DNA of 62,451 nt, filler included, from Choristocarpus tenellus KU-1152 (taxonomy: Eukaryota; Protista; Phaeophyceae): assembly GCA_964200185.2 (NCBI GenBank). It is 8 parts of 8 records of this genome, joined end to end, with 100 filler letters (N's around TTAATTAATTAA, not from the genome) between each part and the next. Parts side by side here need not be neighbours in the genome. Positions count along the whole stretch, not along the records: positions 1 to 7,785 come from CAXNAD020005580.1; positions 7,886 to 16,273 come from CAXNAD020004779.1; 6 more parts are not named here. One strand, written 5' to 3'. Below, piece by piece: positions 1-11,600 of the stretch (position 1 is its first letter; each line of letters opens with the position of its first letter). A program made the translations under genes and the position numbers. The notes under the pieces are model-generated. The model saw only the letters and a program-made list of their open reading frames with translations, searched no databases and was not told the origin of the DNA.

Positions 1-34
1 CCCTCACAACCCCCCCCCCCAGATACTTTGACCC
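1..34 (-). mobile_element. Terminal inverted repeat of a poly-G GRG-terminus MITE (cut by window start)
   Basis: CCCTCACAAC-C(n)-AGATACTTTGACCC. The terminus matches 54190-54213, and CCCTCACAAC is the reverse complement of GTTGTGAGGG at ~54077. Confidence 0.65.
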
Positions 35-411
35 TCACACTATTTGCTATGAATCACGTATTTACTTGTCTTCAATATAGCAACTGTATCTTGAACATGA
101 CACAAATCGATGGACACCAGTGAGTCAATACATATGGTATATCTACCATTGACTCTCCATCCTATTATCTAATCCACTGGTTGTGTCTATAGTGTATCAG
201 CAACACTGTACACGAACAGGTATTGAGGTTAAAACTATGAGGGTCAATAGAACCCTCTTAGTGGGTGTGCTCTCGTGCCTTGGCTACAGCAGTTGCTGCA
301 CCACTCCTGGTGAATGAGTGTGGCAGATGGGAGGCTACTTGCATTTCTGAACGAAACATGCAGCAGTAGTCCTTTGTTCCGGTGGGGAGCCCAGCTAGCT
401 TCAGCAAGGTG

Positions 412-760
412 AGCCAAATTAATATGAAGGTAGGCAGGATTGCATTTCAAGGATCCCGAGAAGGGCAAAGAAAAACCATTTTCTACAATTGCAGAAGGAG
501 GCCTCCCTTAATTGGGGTGCCACTTTGTGTGTGGAAAGGGTGAATATCATATTTTCGTACACTATTGTGCACATAAAGCAATGAAATTGAGTGTATCGCA
601 CAGGGTAAGAAAGATGACTCAGAATACAAAGGGGCCCAAACCAGCTTTCTCTCAATTGGTTTGGCTCAAGTGCCCCAGCATGGAAAACCACATCCATGCC
701 GAAATTCCTATCTGCTGTGAACGAGGTACCATCCTCCGTAGTGCGAGGGATGCCCATTCC
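412..760 (-). mobile_element. Decayed Ty3/gypsy integrase C-terminal fragment (dispersed repeat, copy 1)
   Basis: Minus-strand translation NQLRESWFGPLCILSHLSYPVRY resembles the gypsy integrase KLxxxWxGP[FY] motif. 412-672 is an inverted diverged copy of 3568-3832. Confidence 0.45.
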
Positions 761-3567
761 CTTTGCAGAGTTTCCCTAGGCATTTAACCATCAAAGTGTG
801 CTAGTGTACCTGTCTTCCTGCCCTAGGGCAGATACAATTGTCAAAGGCGAATAGTGCGAGCGCTTCTCCTCGTGTTCTAGTAAGCGCGAGCAGTATACGG
901 CTTTAGTAGCACATAGGTGGCCCTGCAGAGTAAATGCTGATTTCTTATAAGACGCAGAGTAAATTCTAATTGCATACGTAACCTTACAGAAGAAACATCA
1001 ATTCCTAGAAGTTGCAGAATAGAGGTTTATGATTGGAGTATGTATACAGCAGTTTGCAGATGTATTTTTATCTGTAATATGTAGAAACCAGAGGAGCTAT
1101 TAAATTAAAGAATGCTCTGATGGTCTCCAAAGTATCTCTTGCCCAGTCTCTGTTTATCTCGATTGGAACATTAAGTCAAGCATTGAGCTAAGCACTGATT
1201 GAGGCATCGAGGGAAGAGCAGCTGACACCCATTCGTGGCTATCAACTGTGGACCCCCCCGTAGCATCATCTTAAGATCGTTGGATTAGAGTTGCACATCC
1301 TATGGAGGTGAGTTCTGGAGCGTGTTGTAACATAATGTCAACATTATGCCCCCTGCACCCAGTCACCGAGCACCTGTTGGATAGGACTCCTCCCTCCCTA
1401 GAGATCTACTGGCAATAAGTCTAAATTCTACTGGAGGAATCTGACATGCTGGTTCTAGGGGTTGTGTCGAGGCCCATGTATTGGCCCCTTGTCCAAACTG
1501 CCTCCAGTGCCGGGCCAGGGCCAGTGAAGAACTTTCCCTCCCTTGTTCTGTATCATGTAGGAGGTTGTCCAGTTGCGTCCGGAAGGAGTCAAACTGGATC
1601 GTGTTCAGGAGGAGCTCAGGTAAGAATGGTGAAGAGAATTACTGGGCAGACGGACCAGATGGACCAAGACGAACCGTAGCCGAGAGAACCAGGTTAAGTT
1701 TGGACAAGTGCAAGACTGTAAGGACTTGCAGGAAAATGTGGACAGCTGAGGAAGTGTGGAGGAACACGGTTCGGATGGGTTTTCAGAAAAGAAACTTCGG
1801 AAAATGTACTCGTGAAGAGACGTTACAGGAAATCACGGATACCTATCCTTCCGAAGACCTCCACACAGTTGAACCGACGTTCACAGAAAAGAACCTCAAT
1901 CAGTATGACGGTATATGACATACGGTAATAACGGTATGATAACAGACAAACCTGCTTTCCACATCACCCCCCCTTCTGATCGATCTTGAAGTCATGTAAA
2001 CATGATTCGAGGTTAACCAAAAGTGACCTCTGAGAGCAAAATGGGCAACAGGTGTGACTGTTAGTATGTTAGTATACTATTCCACCATTATATTACACGA
2101 CTTCGCTAATACAAAATGAAGTGTAATATATGTACGTAGCATTTATGAACATCCGATCAGGATATCATTTAGCCAAAGTTGAGAGATAAAATAACATTGT
2201 ATTATAAATTTATCTAAACATCCACCAATCAATACGTATAGTCTATTTGCAAGGATCGATAGACCTGGTAAACACGAGATGTCAAGTCAGAGGTGGTCGT
2301 GAACAGGTTAACTGAGATCTGTTACTGTTGGTCTAATCTCTTCACAAAACGATAACTATACCCATCTATGACGATATATGACATACAAATGCTTTGCCTA
2401 AACTAGATGCTCAACCTATGCAAGGGATGGTGATATACGGCTAACAGGAGATCTGGGGCAGGACACACGGCTCACAAAACTATTGACGAGGATCTGCACC
2501 AGACATATATTGTATATATTATTATATCCTCTGTCAAGGACAGGTTCCTTTTTTGAATCTCCCACACACACATTTTGTGGATATAGCGCGTGGTCATATA
2601 CATATGTGCGCGCCAACCACGTCATTGAAACTTGAGCATGTCGACCAGTCCAAAAAACCATACACACCCATAAGATCCGGATTTGACCGAACAGTCAGAA
2701 GGACTGTCAGAACGAAGATCCATTCCGATTCTGACTGATACATTTCCATGCTGTGAGGTTGATCAGTCATTCTGTGACATCTGTTGTGCACTAAGGTTTT
2801 GGTTCTGTTCTGAAGTTCCTCGACTAACTTTGAGATGCATATACGAATACAAGCCGACATGTGGTAACCTGTGAAACTCGGTCCCGCCCTCTGTGGTGGA
2901 AGCGTTCTGTCTAGTGATTGTGATTGCCTCCTTTTGCAGAGAGCCTTGGCGCCTCGGCACTTCCACACCTCTGACATTTTGCAGATATACATCCAATACA
3001 TCTCTTTATTTGGGTGATAGGTTATACTATTGCAGCAATGCGTGATATAAGGACTATGCAAAGGAAATATAGTACTTTGAACCATCAGTAAATACGGATT
3101 CTCAAGTCAACATTTTGTGGGACGAGAATTTTACTCATTATCCTATCCATTTACTACATGATAGGGTTCATTATTTTGTGACATTGAAAAAACCATAACG
3201 ATACAGACTTGTGGGATAGAGGAGTATTTATTTACAAATATTACATCATGATTTTTCACAGGAAAGAACAATCTTGTACAAATCTTCTATTGTGACTCAA
3301 AGTACAAGAAAATCGTGTACAATTCCTACTCGTAATTTAATTGGAAAGAACAATTGTGTACAAATAAATGTTATGTTGGTGTAATTCGATACAGGCAAAA
3401 AAAGTTCACAAAACTTTTATATTGTTGTTATTGTAGTTAGATACACTACTTCGTTTCCTTATTGTTCTATGTATCAATGAAAAAGCCAAACCAATATCAC
3501 AAGAAACTCTGCAAAAGCAAGAGTTGTAAAGGTGATCGATACCTTTGAAATATTATTTACTATTTGA

Positions 3568-3832
3568 ATACCAAAGCCAAACTAATTGAGAGGTAGGCAA
3601 GTTTGGACTCATTTGCAATTTTTCTTACCCTGTGCAATACACTCTATTTCATTGCTTTATGCGCACAATACTATACACAAAATCGATATTCCCCCTTTCC
3701 ACACACAAAGTGACACCACAATTCAGCAAAGACTAATTCTGCTATTATTGTACAAAGTGACATATATATGCTGTCCTTTCTCAGGACCCTTAAAATGCAA
3801 CCCTGTCCACCTCTCGGTTGATTTTACTCACC
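3568..3832 (+). repeat. Diverged second copy of the 412-672 repeat (opposite orientation)
   Basis: Shared blocks such as TTTCTTACCCTGTGC.ATACACTC.ATTTCATTGCTTTATG.GCACAATA, CCCTTTCCACACACAAAGTG.CACC and CCTT.AAATGCAA.CCTG.C.ACCT. Confidence 0.8.
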
Positions 3833-4632
3833 AGTTATACTACAACACTCCCTTAAAGGTTGGTAATTATAATGTTACGTGTAAACTGCAGCTATGTCTC
3901 TAATCTAGCTTAGCCCTACACAAGTGTGCGAGGAGCTCTATCGGTGGTCAGTGGTCGAATTTTGCGTATCGGTACCATCGTACCATCACCCCTCTGTCAA
4001 AAACATGTAGAATCATTTTTCGGCAAGACACTCTCTACGAAACATGTACAAATATTTGCATTGTCACTCCCCCACCTACGAAAACTTGTATAAATATTTG
4101 TCGTACTACTTATTTGTGTATGAAGTATGCAGAAATAGTTGTACTTACCACTCTCCAATCCACACAAGATGTACAAACGGTTCACTGGTACAAACATATT
4201 GATTTGAATCCCTCAATGATTTGCCCTTGTAATCACAAGTTGTACAAATCACAGTGTGTGTGTTCATTTGTCCAAATCTCATGTTATCGGAACATTTGTC
4301 CCACACCACTCTCAGAAATATGAACGAGTACGTATGATACGGATCGACAAATGAAAGGAGAGTTACCCCTAAGATTCGTTAGGAAGACTCCAAACATGTA
4401 CAACTCAGATTTATGACAGGAACAACCATTCTTTGTTTTGCCGGAAATTGATTTATGCACCACAAATCGGATTTTGTTTGTCCAACGTGTGATCCGTTGT
4501 GATTCGTACAGAGTGGATTACCAACTTCGAAACCAGACTACATATTATTATGCCCTCTGACGTTTTCCACATGTATGTGTGACGGGAAAAGTCAATACAA
4601 TATCGTAAGGCAACATAGATATATATACCTTA

Positions 4633-4706
4633 TGCAGAAGCCGGGAATCGAATTTTGGCGACATGAATGGCAACCTGTATTCTACCACTCACTGAACAAC
4701 TGGCGT
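4633..4706 (-). pseudogene. Degenerate tRNA-Gly(GCC)-like sequence
   Basis: Minus strand shows GTTCAGTGAGTGGTAGAATAC (A box with 4-nt duplication), TTGCCAT anticodon loop and TTCGATTCCCGGC..TGCA T-loop/3' end. Stems are disrupted. Confidence 0.7.
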
Positions 4707-4732
4707 ATACCACATTCTTGTGTCTAAAAGTC

Positions 4733-4804
4733 TGGCGTTGAACGGGCTCGAACTTGTCAAAGTAATACTGGGCTCCACCACCTCAACCACTGACTCACAA
4801 CTAC
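4733..4804 (-). pseudogene. Degenerate tRNA-like sequence (isotype unclear)
   Basis: Minus strand GTAGTTGTGAGTCAGTGGTTGAGG (A-box-like) ... AAGTTCGAGCCCG (B-box-like) ... CAACGCCA, with partial acceptor-stem pairing GTTG/CAAC. Confidence 0.5.
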
Positions 4805-5156
4805 ATTATGATTATTAAGGCGTAGTATAAAAGTAAATAGTATGGACAAGTTGTTAGTATGAGAAAGTGGTGAAGTGTGTATAGTGTCCAACTCCATGCA
4901 CCGAAAACATAAAATAAATATATTATTAATAGACAGTTTCACAGTCAGAGAACGCCTCTTTGGATGAATGTTCATTGTACATTGTTTCTATCCTGTCCTG
5001 TCCCTTGTGGATTGTGACTTTCGACAATTTTGATAGAGCTAGGGAGGCACCATGCATGTTAATGCCAGTTGCTGTTCCTGCTGTGCGTGAGGATCCCGAC
5101 GTCTAGTCGGGAAGGGTGAATCCCTCCTGTGGAACTGGAAAGTCCACGCTGACGCG

Positions 5157-6536
5157 ATGATAAAGGGATGGCTCTCAAAACGAACTCAGGCTTTGGGAGG
5201 GGGGATGGATAGACGATTCTGTGTCCTGGCGGGTCCCCTCATGTTGGATTTTGAGCATGAGGAAGACTTCCTGAATGGTCTTCCACCAAAGGCTGAGTCA
5301 GAAGTAATAGGCGTGGCCAATTGGAACGGTGAGAGTAGGAATTAAAGAGGGACAAACGTGTGTCCCAAGGGCTAGTGCGAACAGAGGAACGGACCTGTTT
5401 TGAGTTGATCATCTCCCGCTTGTTGAGGGTACTATGAAGCTACCACAGGAGAAGTTGGTGCAGGTTCCACCCAGTGCCCTCCTATGACAGTTCGGTAATC
5501 CATACAGCCTCCATCTCAAGGAATCTACGATAGTTTACCCGTCTGTTGTATCATTCCTCCCTTTTCTCTCAAACCCACCCACCTGGGTGCTCCTCTTTGA
5601 TTTTTTCTTTGGTATTTTTTCTTCTAAATGAGAAGGAAAGGGTCGATCCCACACCTATGAGAACGGGATGGTCTACGTGACCCGGTTGGGGAGCACCAAT
5701 TATTGCTCGGCCCCCTCAGCCACCGAACGCACGACGTGGATGTCAGGGATGAGGACCGCTTTAGAAATGACGCTTGAAGAAGGAAGCAGCACCGAAGAGT
5801 TTCCCTTGGGCGTGTGTGTCGGGCCTGGAAAAGGTATTGCCCATCCTCTTCCCCGTAGGGGAAGTCTTCAACGTGGAGTGCTTCAAGCACCAGAGCCAGC
5901 AGAGAGTGAGGTATGCTTTGTCACGCTAATCACAAGATTAGGATTGAAGTTATGTAGCCGCGCTGATGGATCTGTCTGTCTCGGTTTTGTGCGCCACAAC
6001 CATGCCACTAACCGCCGATATAATTTCCAACAGTCTACCCCTGTCACCCTTTTGTCTAAGGATCAGTCTCGAACACACACACCCCTTCTAGCTCTTGATC
6101 AACAATTTCCACTTTCGTATCTGGTTGCATTACAAACCCTTTTCTTTAGGTGGATAAATGAGAGAACAAATTCGAGACTGCCTTCTCAATCCCACTTTTC
6201 TTAACCACTCAGTCAGTTTGACAAATATTTGCCAATGTCCTCAACAGGAAGAGTATTTGCAACACAGTGAGTGTACTGGCCACCATTTTTACTCTAGAAA
6301 ATGTCAAGAGAAGGCTGTACTGTCCTGCCACACCCCACCTTACATTCAACCCTATGTCAGTCAAAATGTCACCTATCTCCACTACTCCAAAATCAACCTT
6401 ACAACAGGTTTGCATGTGGTCTGGTCAGTCCTTTGGAATGACCCAGTCTCGTCACCATTGCCAGAGCTGTGGGCGTGTTGGCTTGTCTGAGTATTGCAAC
6501 CGGGAGATCCCACTAACACACCATGGGTTTGAGCAG
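5157..6536 (+). CDS. PH-domain plus degenerate FYVE-type zinc finger protein (partial; exons ~5157-5328, 5636-5910, 6408-6536)
   Basis: IKGWLSKR...RRFCVL and CSAPSATERTTWMSGMRTAL are the PH strand 1/2 and C-terminal helix patterns. SFGMTQSRHHCQSCGRV resembles the FYVE core. GT-AG introns have consistent phases. True start and last exon are not resolved. Confidence 0.75.
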
Positions 6537-7785
6537 GTGTCTCCCACCCCTCCACACACCACTGTGGGGACAACAGTTCCTCCTGCTGCCCCTTATGCTA
6601 TGTCCTGCCACTTAACTGTTGGTGCTTAGGTCAATCTAGAGGCAATAATGCAGTGTGTGTGATGGTCCCCAGGGACCTGTGTGTTGCTAAGGTCGTTGAT
6701 GCCTAGGTAAAACTCATGATACTTTTGGAAGACACCACTTAAGTCCAACTTTTGACAGTCAAAGTGTGGGCAAAGCAAAATATTCCCTTCGCCTTCTCTG
6801 TATTTAATAACACCCTTTTGCTAGTGTTATCGATACACTGTTTTCTTATGTACACCTCCCCAGTTGATGTCATGTCACACACATCTGAAGCAATGAAACA
6901 TTTTGTACAAAAAGTATTTGATTCAATGCGAGCTTTCTTTTCTTTTCACAAGCGCAGGGGATATCCTTCCCCTAACCTTGTCTCCGCAGTTTATTATTAG
7001 GGCTTGCTCAAAGGGCTCAATCCCCCACTTTGTCTACCGCCTGTAACTCCCCTCCCCCTCTATTCTGCTCTCATCCTTAATGCGGGGTATCCCTGGGACT
7101 GCTTCCTTCCTTCTGAACAGGCAGTTCGTGTATGTGATGCCTGCCTCAGGGCTCAGCAGCTTCTCACTCACCTCAGGTGATGACCTTGTTGTGAAGGAGG
7201 GTGCAGAAAGGAGGTTGGAGGTGGGGGGGGGGGAGGGGCAGGTCCTTTGGGGAAGGAATCCAGAAATATGATATTGGGTAGTACTATCTATATTACTGTT
7301 AGATTTAGGGTTAGGATTGAGTCATAATAAATGGCTGCCTTGGACCTGGTAGCACACATCTTTGGAAGAATCAAGAGGAAGTGACATAGCTACGCAGTAC
7401 ACCTTCCATCCCCGACCCTCCCCCTGCTCCCTTAAGGTTTGTGACATGTTTGTTGGAAGGGCACCTTCACCTGCATCGGCTGGCGTGTCAAGGGGAGAGG
7501 GTTGCGGTGATGGCTGTCCTTGGAAGGGGGGAAAAATCTGGGCTGGGTAAATTGTCCCCTGCATTGCAGGTGCCCACTACCGCTGTTTGTGAAGGGTGAT
7601 AAGAATGGGGTGGCAATCTGTTGTTGATCTTTCTATGACCTGAAAGTCTGTTTGTCTTCTTTCTGTGGGGAGAGTTGTCATGTGATCCCAGGCATTTAAT
7701 GAAGTTCACTATTGAGAGAAACAGGGTGTTCCTGTCCGGGAAAGATGTCACACCATTGCAGGTCACATATATACGAGCACCCTCG

Positions 7786-7885
7786 NNNNNNNNNNNNNNN
7801 NNNNNNNNNNNNNNNNNNNNNNNNNNNNNTTAATTAATTAANNNNNNNNNNNNNNNNNNNNNNNNNNNNNNNNNNNNNNNNNNNN
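7786..7885. other. Artificial contig linker (N44-TTAATTAATTAA-N44); identical linkers at 16274-16373, 20256-20355, 47015-47114, 51187-51286, 54342-54441, 58937-59036
   Basis: Seven identical 100-bp N-padded spacers carrying a six-frame stop palindrome. Sequence on either side is unrelated and genes are truncated at them. Confidence 0.98.
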
Positions 7886-8046
7886 TTCTAGTGCAAAGGC
7901 ACGGTATGAGGTGGATGAGGAGGGGGTGTTCTTGGATAATTGTGGAGTGGTGTTGAGTGGCGTGGGGGAGTGGAAAGTGGGTGAAAGTGTTGGGGGGTGA
8001 AGTGGTAAGGGGTGTGGGGTTGAGTGGGGTTGAAGGGTGGGATAGT

Positions 8047-8370
8047 GACTGGAAATCAGTGCCAAAGGGGTCGCACTGGTTAGTCATCAGAGGTGGGCGT
8101 TGGCTGGAAATCAATGGCGAAAGGAGTTTGCATTGGTTAGTTATTGCAGGGAGGGGGATGACTGGAAATCAGTGGCGAAGGAGTCACACTGGTTGGTCAT
8201 CGGATGTGGGGCGTGACTGGAAATCAGTGGCGAAGGGGGGTCGCACTGGTTGGCCATCAGAGGTGGGTGTTGAGCGTAAATCAGTGGCGAAAGGGGTTCG
8301 CATTGGTTGGTCATCGCAAGGGGGGGGGGTGATTGGAAATCAGTGGCGAAGAGGTCGCACTGGTTGATCA
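8047..8370. repeat. Minisatellite, six ~56-57-bp units each containing an inverted repeat
   Basis: Unit core GGAAATCAGTGGCGA-(A/G)n-TCGCACTGGTTGGTCATC starting near 8047, 8103, 8160, 8215, 8272 and 8331. Confidence 0.9.
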
Positions 8371-8644
8371 CAAATGGTGGTACAATGGAGAGGAGGGGAA
8401 TGGGTGGAATGCAAACATAGAATAAAATAATAATACAGAATTCGTAACCAAAACAAAAGGGGACCTGTCCCTTGACACTATTCATATTTGATCATAAGGT
8501 TAGGATATTGCTCCTCGATCTTCCGATTTTATTGGCATTTAGAAAGTGACGTCACGAACAAAGAATAACATTCCCGCATTTGAAAAGGGGACTACTACTA
8601 ATCCTACTGCTGAACCTTCATTGCCTTGCAAAAGGTCGTTGAGG

Positions 8645-11600
8645 ATGGCGAGATCCTTCCTCCAGCTTTCTGACGAACTTAAAGTCTCCTTCTCTGCTGC
8701 CCAGGACGACAATCAGTTGCGCTACCTTCGCGTGGAGGTCGTGGGAGAAGACACTCTGAGTATGGTAGGCACTTCACGTAAAGGACAGTTGGAAGATGAC
8801 TTCGACAACCTAGCTATGGTGAGAGTACGTTTCTACTCCAGTGACAGCATATAGAGAGAAATAGATACGTTTGATATGGGTGCTGAACATCTATATTAGA
8901 GTTACACCATGGTTACAGAATTCGGTTAAGGTTTCCTGCTGCTATCCTGTCAGTCAGTGTGATAGTAGGGTAGATTGTACAAAGTTCGTCCAAGTCAAGT
9001 GCACATTGATATGTGATCATGAATCAATACGAAGGAGAGCAACAACTTGTCGCAGAAGGACAAACAACCGTAAAGAAATAGGGGCTATGGACTTGGAAAC
9101 CGACATCCTGGTCGTGGACAACACACCATAGCTGCAAACCACTGTTTTAACCCTGAACTTAGTCCCTTCTGCATTGGCAACTATCCCCCCCTCTTGACCC
9201 GAGCAGCCCTTGTCGAAGACCCTCTTAATTCATGAAATGTTTGGCTCAATAGCTTCCTCTCCATTTGAGGAGTACTTTTTTGTCCTTCTCGTGAATGTTA
9301 CGCGCAGCACATCCTGACCCAGTACATGATGCAACATACTCTCACGGCTGGTGCTGCAGGTGACGGAAGACGGTAAACCGTGCCTCTTTGTCTTTGGGCT
9401 AGATGGAAGGGAGTTGAACCAAGTAACTGGACGTGCATGTGCGGGCGTCACCGCAACGACACAATGGGTGCTCGTGGCCTGGATCCCAGACAATGCTAAG
9501 GTTCATTACCTCCAAGGAATTCGCTTTCCCCCTACTTCACTTTCACATAGCCCCCAAATGTCCCCTTGCCCCAATTCACCAACTTTCCCCCTTCCCCTTC
9601 TTGCAATACAACCGTTTGCAGGTACGGGACAAGATGATCTACTCGTCATCCAAGCTGGATCTTCGACAGGGGCTAGGACTAGGTTTCTTTGAAGGGGAGT
9701 ATTATGCCAACACCAAGGCTGATCTCACCTACGAAAGCTTTGCAGCAAGCCGTCGCACGACCGCCAAGGACCAGCTCCTGAGCGAGGCAGAGTGAGAGCC
9801 TTCGGGCAAGGCGGGTGGCTAGGCAGGCAGTGACCAGTTGAGGGTGAAGGAGGAGTGGATGTGTGCACGATTGTCTTGCTGGCCATGACTATGTCTGAGA
9901 ATAGTGTTATACTTGGGCTCCTTGCTCCAGGAATTGTGCCTGATATGTTGGCAGATAGAGATCTGTGATGGTAGTCTAGACTGCTCCCACCTTCTCCCAA
10001 GGCCTCCTATGTGACTGACTTGCCAGCACTGTTGGAATATAGTACCAAAAGGGAGAAAGAGTATCAGAGTATCAGGTTGAGGACTTACCCTTGTCTTCTT
10101 TATATCATACCTCCATATTTCCTTAACTTGGTCTGACTTCATCTCCTTGTGGATCTTCCTGTACCTGCTGTGATTATTAGGCTGCTCATGCGTGACCTCA
10201 ATAAGCAAGAAAGGGCTAGCAACGCTGGTTTGAAGTCGTCAGCCATGGGGATCATTCCGTTTGGGGTTGCGGATGACCTTCGGAAGGAGCTGGAGGATTT
10301 TGGGGCTGAAGTTCCTGGTGGAGGGGATAGTGGAGTAAACTGGATTGAAATGGTGGGAAGGTTGTAGAGCACCATATCTGTATACGTGTTTGTGAGTTGG
10401 GTGATTATTCAACAGGAACCCTCAGGCATTGTTAGGGGAAGTCATAAGCTATCATACCTAGGGCTAGGGCTAATACTTGCCCTGCTTTGACCTTTCCACA
10501 TGAACTTGCATGAAAAAAATGCAAGTAAATCTCCTCAGTCCTATCCTTTGTACCCCCATCTCCCCTATTTCCACCCGAGCATATCTTCTGCTAGCTTTTA
10601 GTGAATGTTGGCACTGTTATCACACGCTGTACTTGTCACATCAATGTTGCAAGAGTACCACTGTATTGCCTGAAGGAGATATCTCCTTGCAGGTGGATCG
10701 TGCATTTATGGGCAAATGTGTTGATGTCCTGCTTGTGAGAACCCAAGTATCCTGCTCTCAAAGCCTTACCTAACCATCCCTCCTTGTCCGCATATGTGAG
10801 ACCGCTAATACTGGGACATGGATATCGGATTATGTTGAAAACGAATCTCAGGCGTATTTATTTGAAGATGTATGTGTTTCCACACATTTACGGAGGTATC
10901 ACTAGCAGAGTAGGGTCTCAGTTATGCCCTAGCCATCCAGGAAGCAGGCTTGCCGGCTTGTTCATATTGCTGGCTTTCAATGTCTTTGCTTACAAGCAGG
11001 TTGTGTCAATTGACCTCTCTTAAGGTAAGGGGTCCCAAAGAGGCATGGCTCAGAGAGGACTATAAGTGTGCAACAGTACTACTTACAGTTATGATAGTAA
11101 GCGTCCATGCCTAAGCTTCCCAGTGCAACATAGGGTTAATTTGGAGCTATCCTATGTGTCCAATCCTTTTCTTAGAGTTTGAGAGGTTTTTCCTCCCCCT
11201 CGTTGAATATCTGTGAATCCAGGGTGCTGGGGGACCATGATGCTCCCCAAGTGTCTTGTTTCTCTATTGCTGGGAATGGTGAGGTTGTTGTCCAAAGGTT
11301 GCCTGAGCTCCACTTGGGTTAGTGATATTTTTTTTCAGCTTATGTTGCATGTCCTCCCCCCCCACACTGCCTCCTCCCCTCCTCTGTGTGTGTTACAAGT
11401 CTGAAAAATTATGTTGAAGACGTTCACAACCCCTCTCACCTCCCCCTCCCATGCCATGTGAAACCCCTCCATGCCACCATCCATTGGGCTGATTATCAGC
11501 GCATGGAGAATGAGCGCATAGGGTTGGTGGAGGCGAAAGCTGTCCCTAAGGACGGCAGCCTGCAGGAATTTGTAAATGAGGTCCGTTCATCCTCAGTGAG

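Noticed and set aside
6199-6216. CTTAACCACTCAGTCA as the missing 5' half of the tRNA-Ser (split tRNA)
   Set aside because: Only an A-box-like match. No GACATTG acceptor strand is adjacent, it is on a different contig, and it lies in an intron.
7830-7841. Recurrent TTAATTAATTAA palindrome
   Set aside because: Always embedded in N-runs of fixed length. It is an artificial concatenation linker, so cross-contig gene neighbourhoods have no biological meaning.
8047-8370. Hairpin array as a true CRISPR array
   Set aside because: Linkers are short and mutually related, repeats are degenerate, and there is no cas or leader. Kept only as a structured minisatellite.
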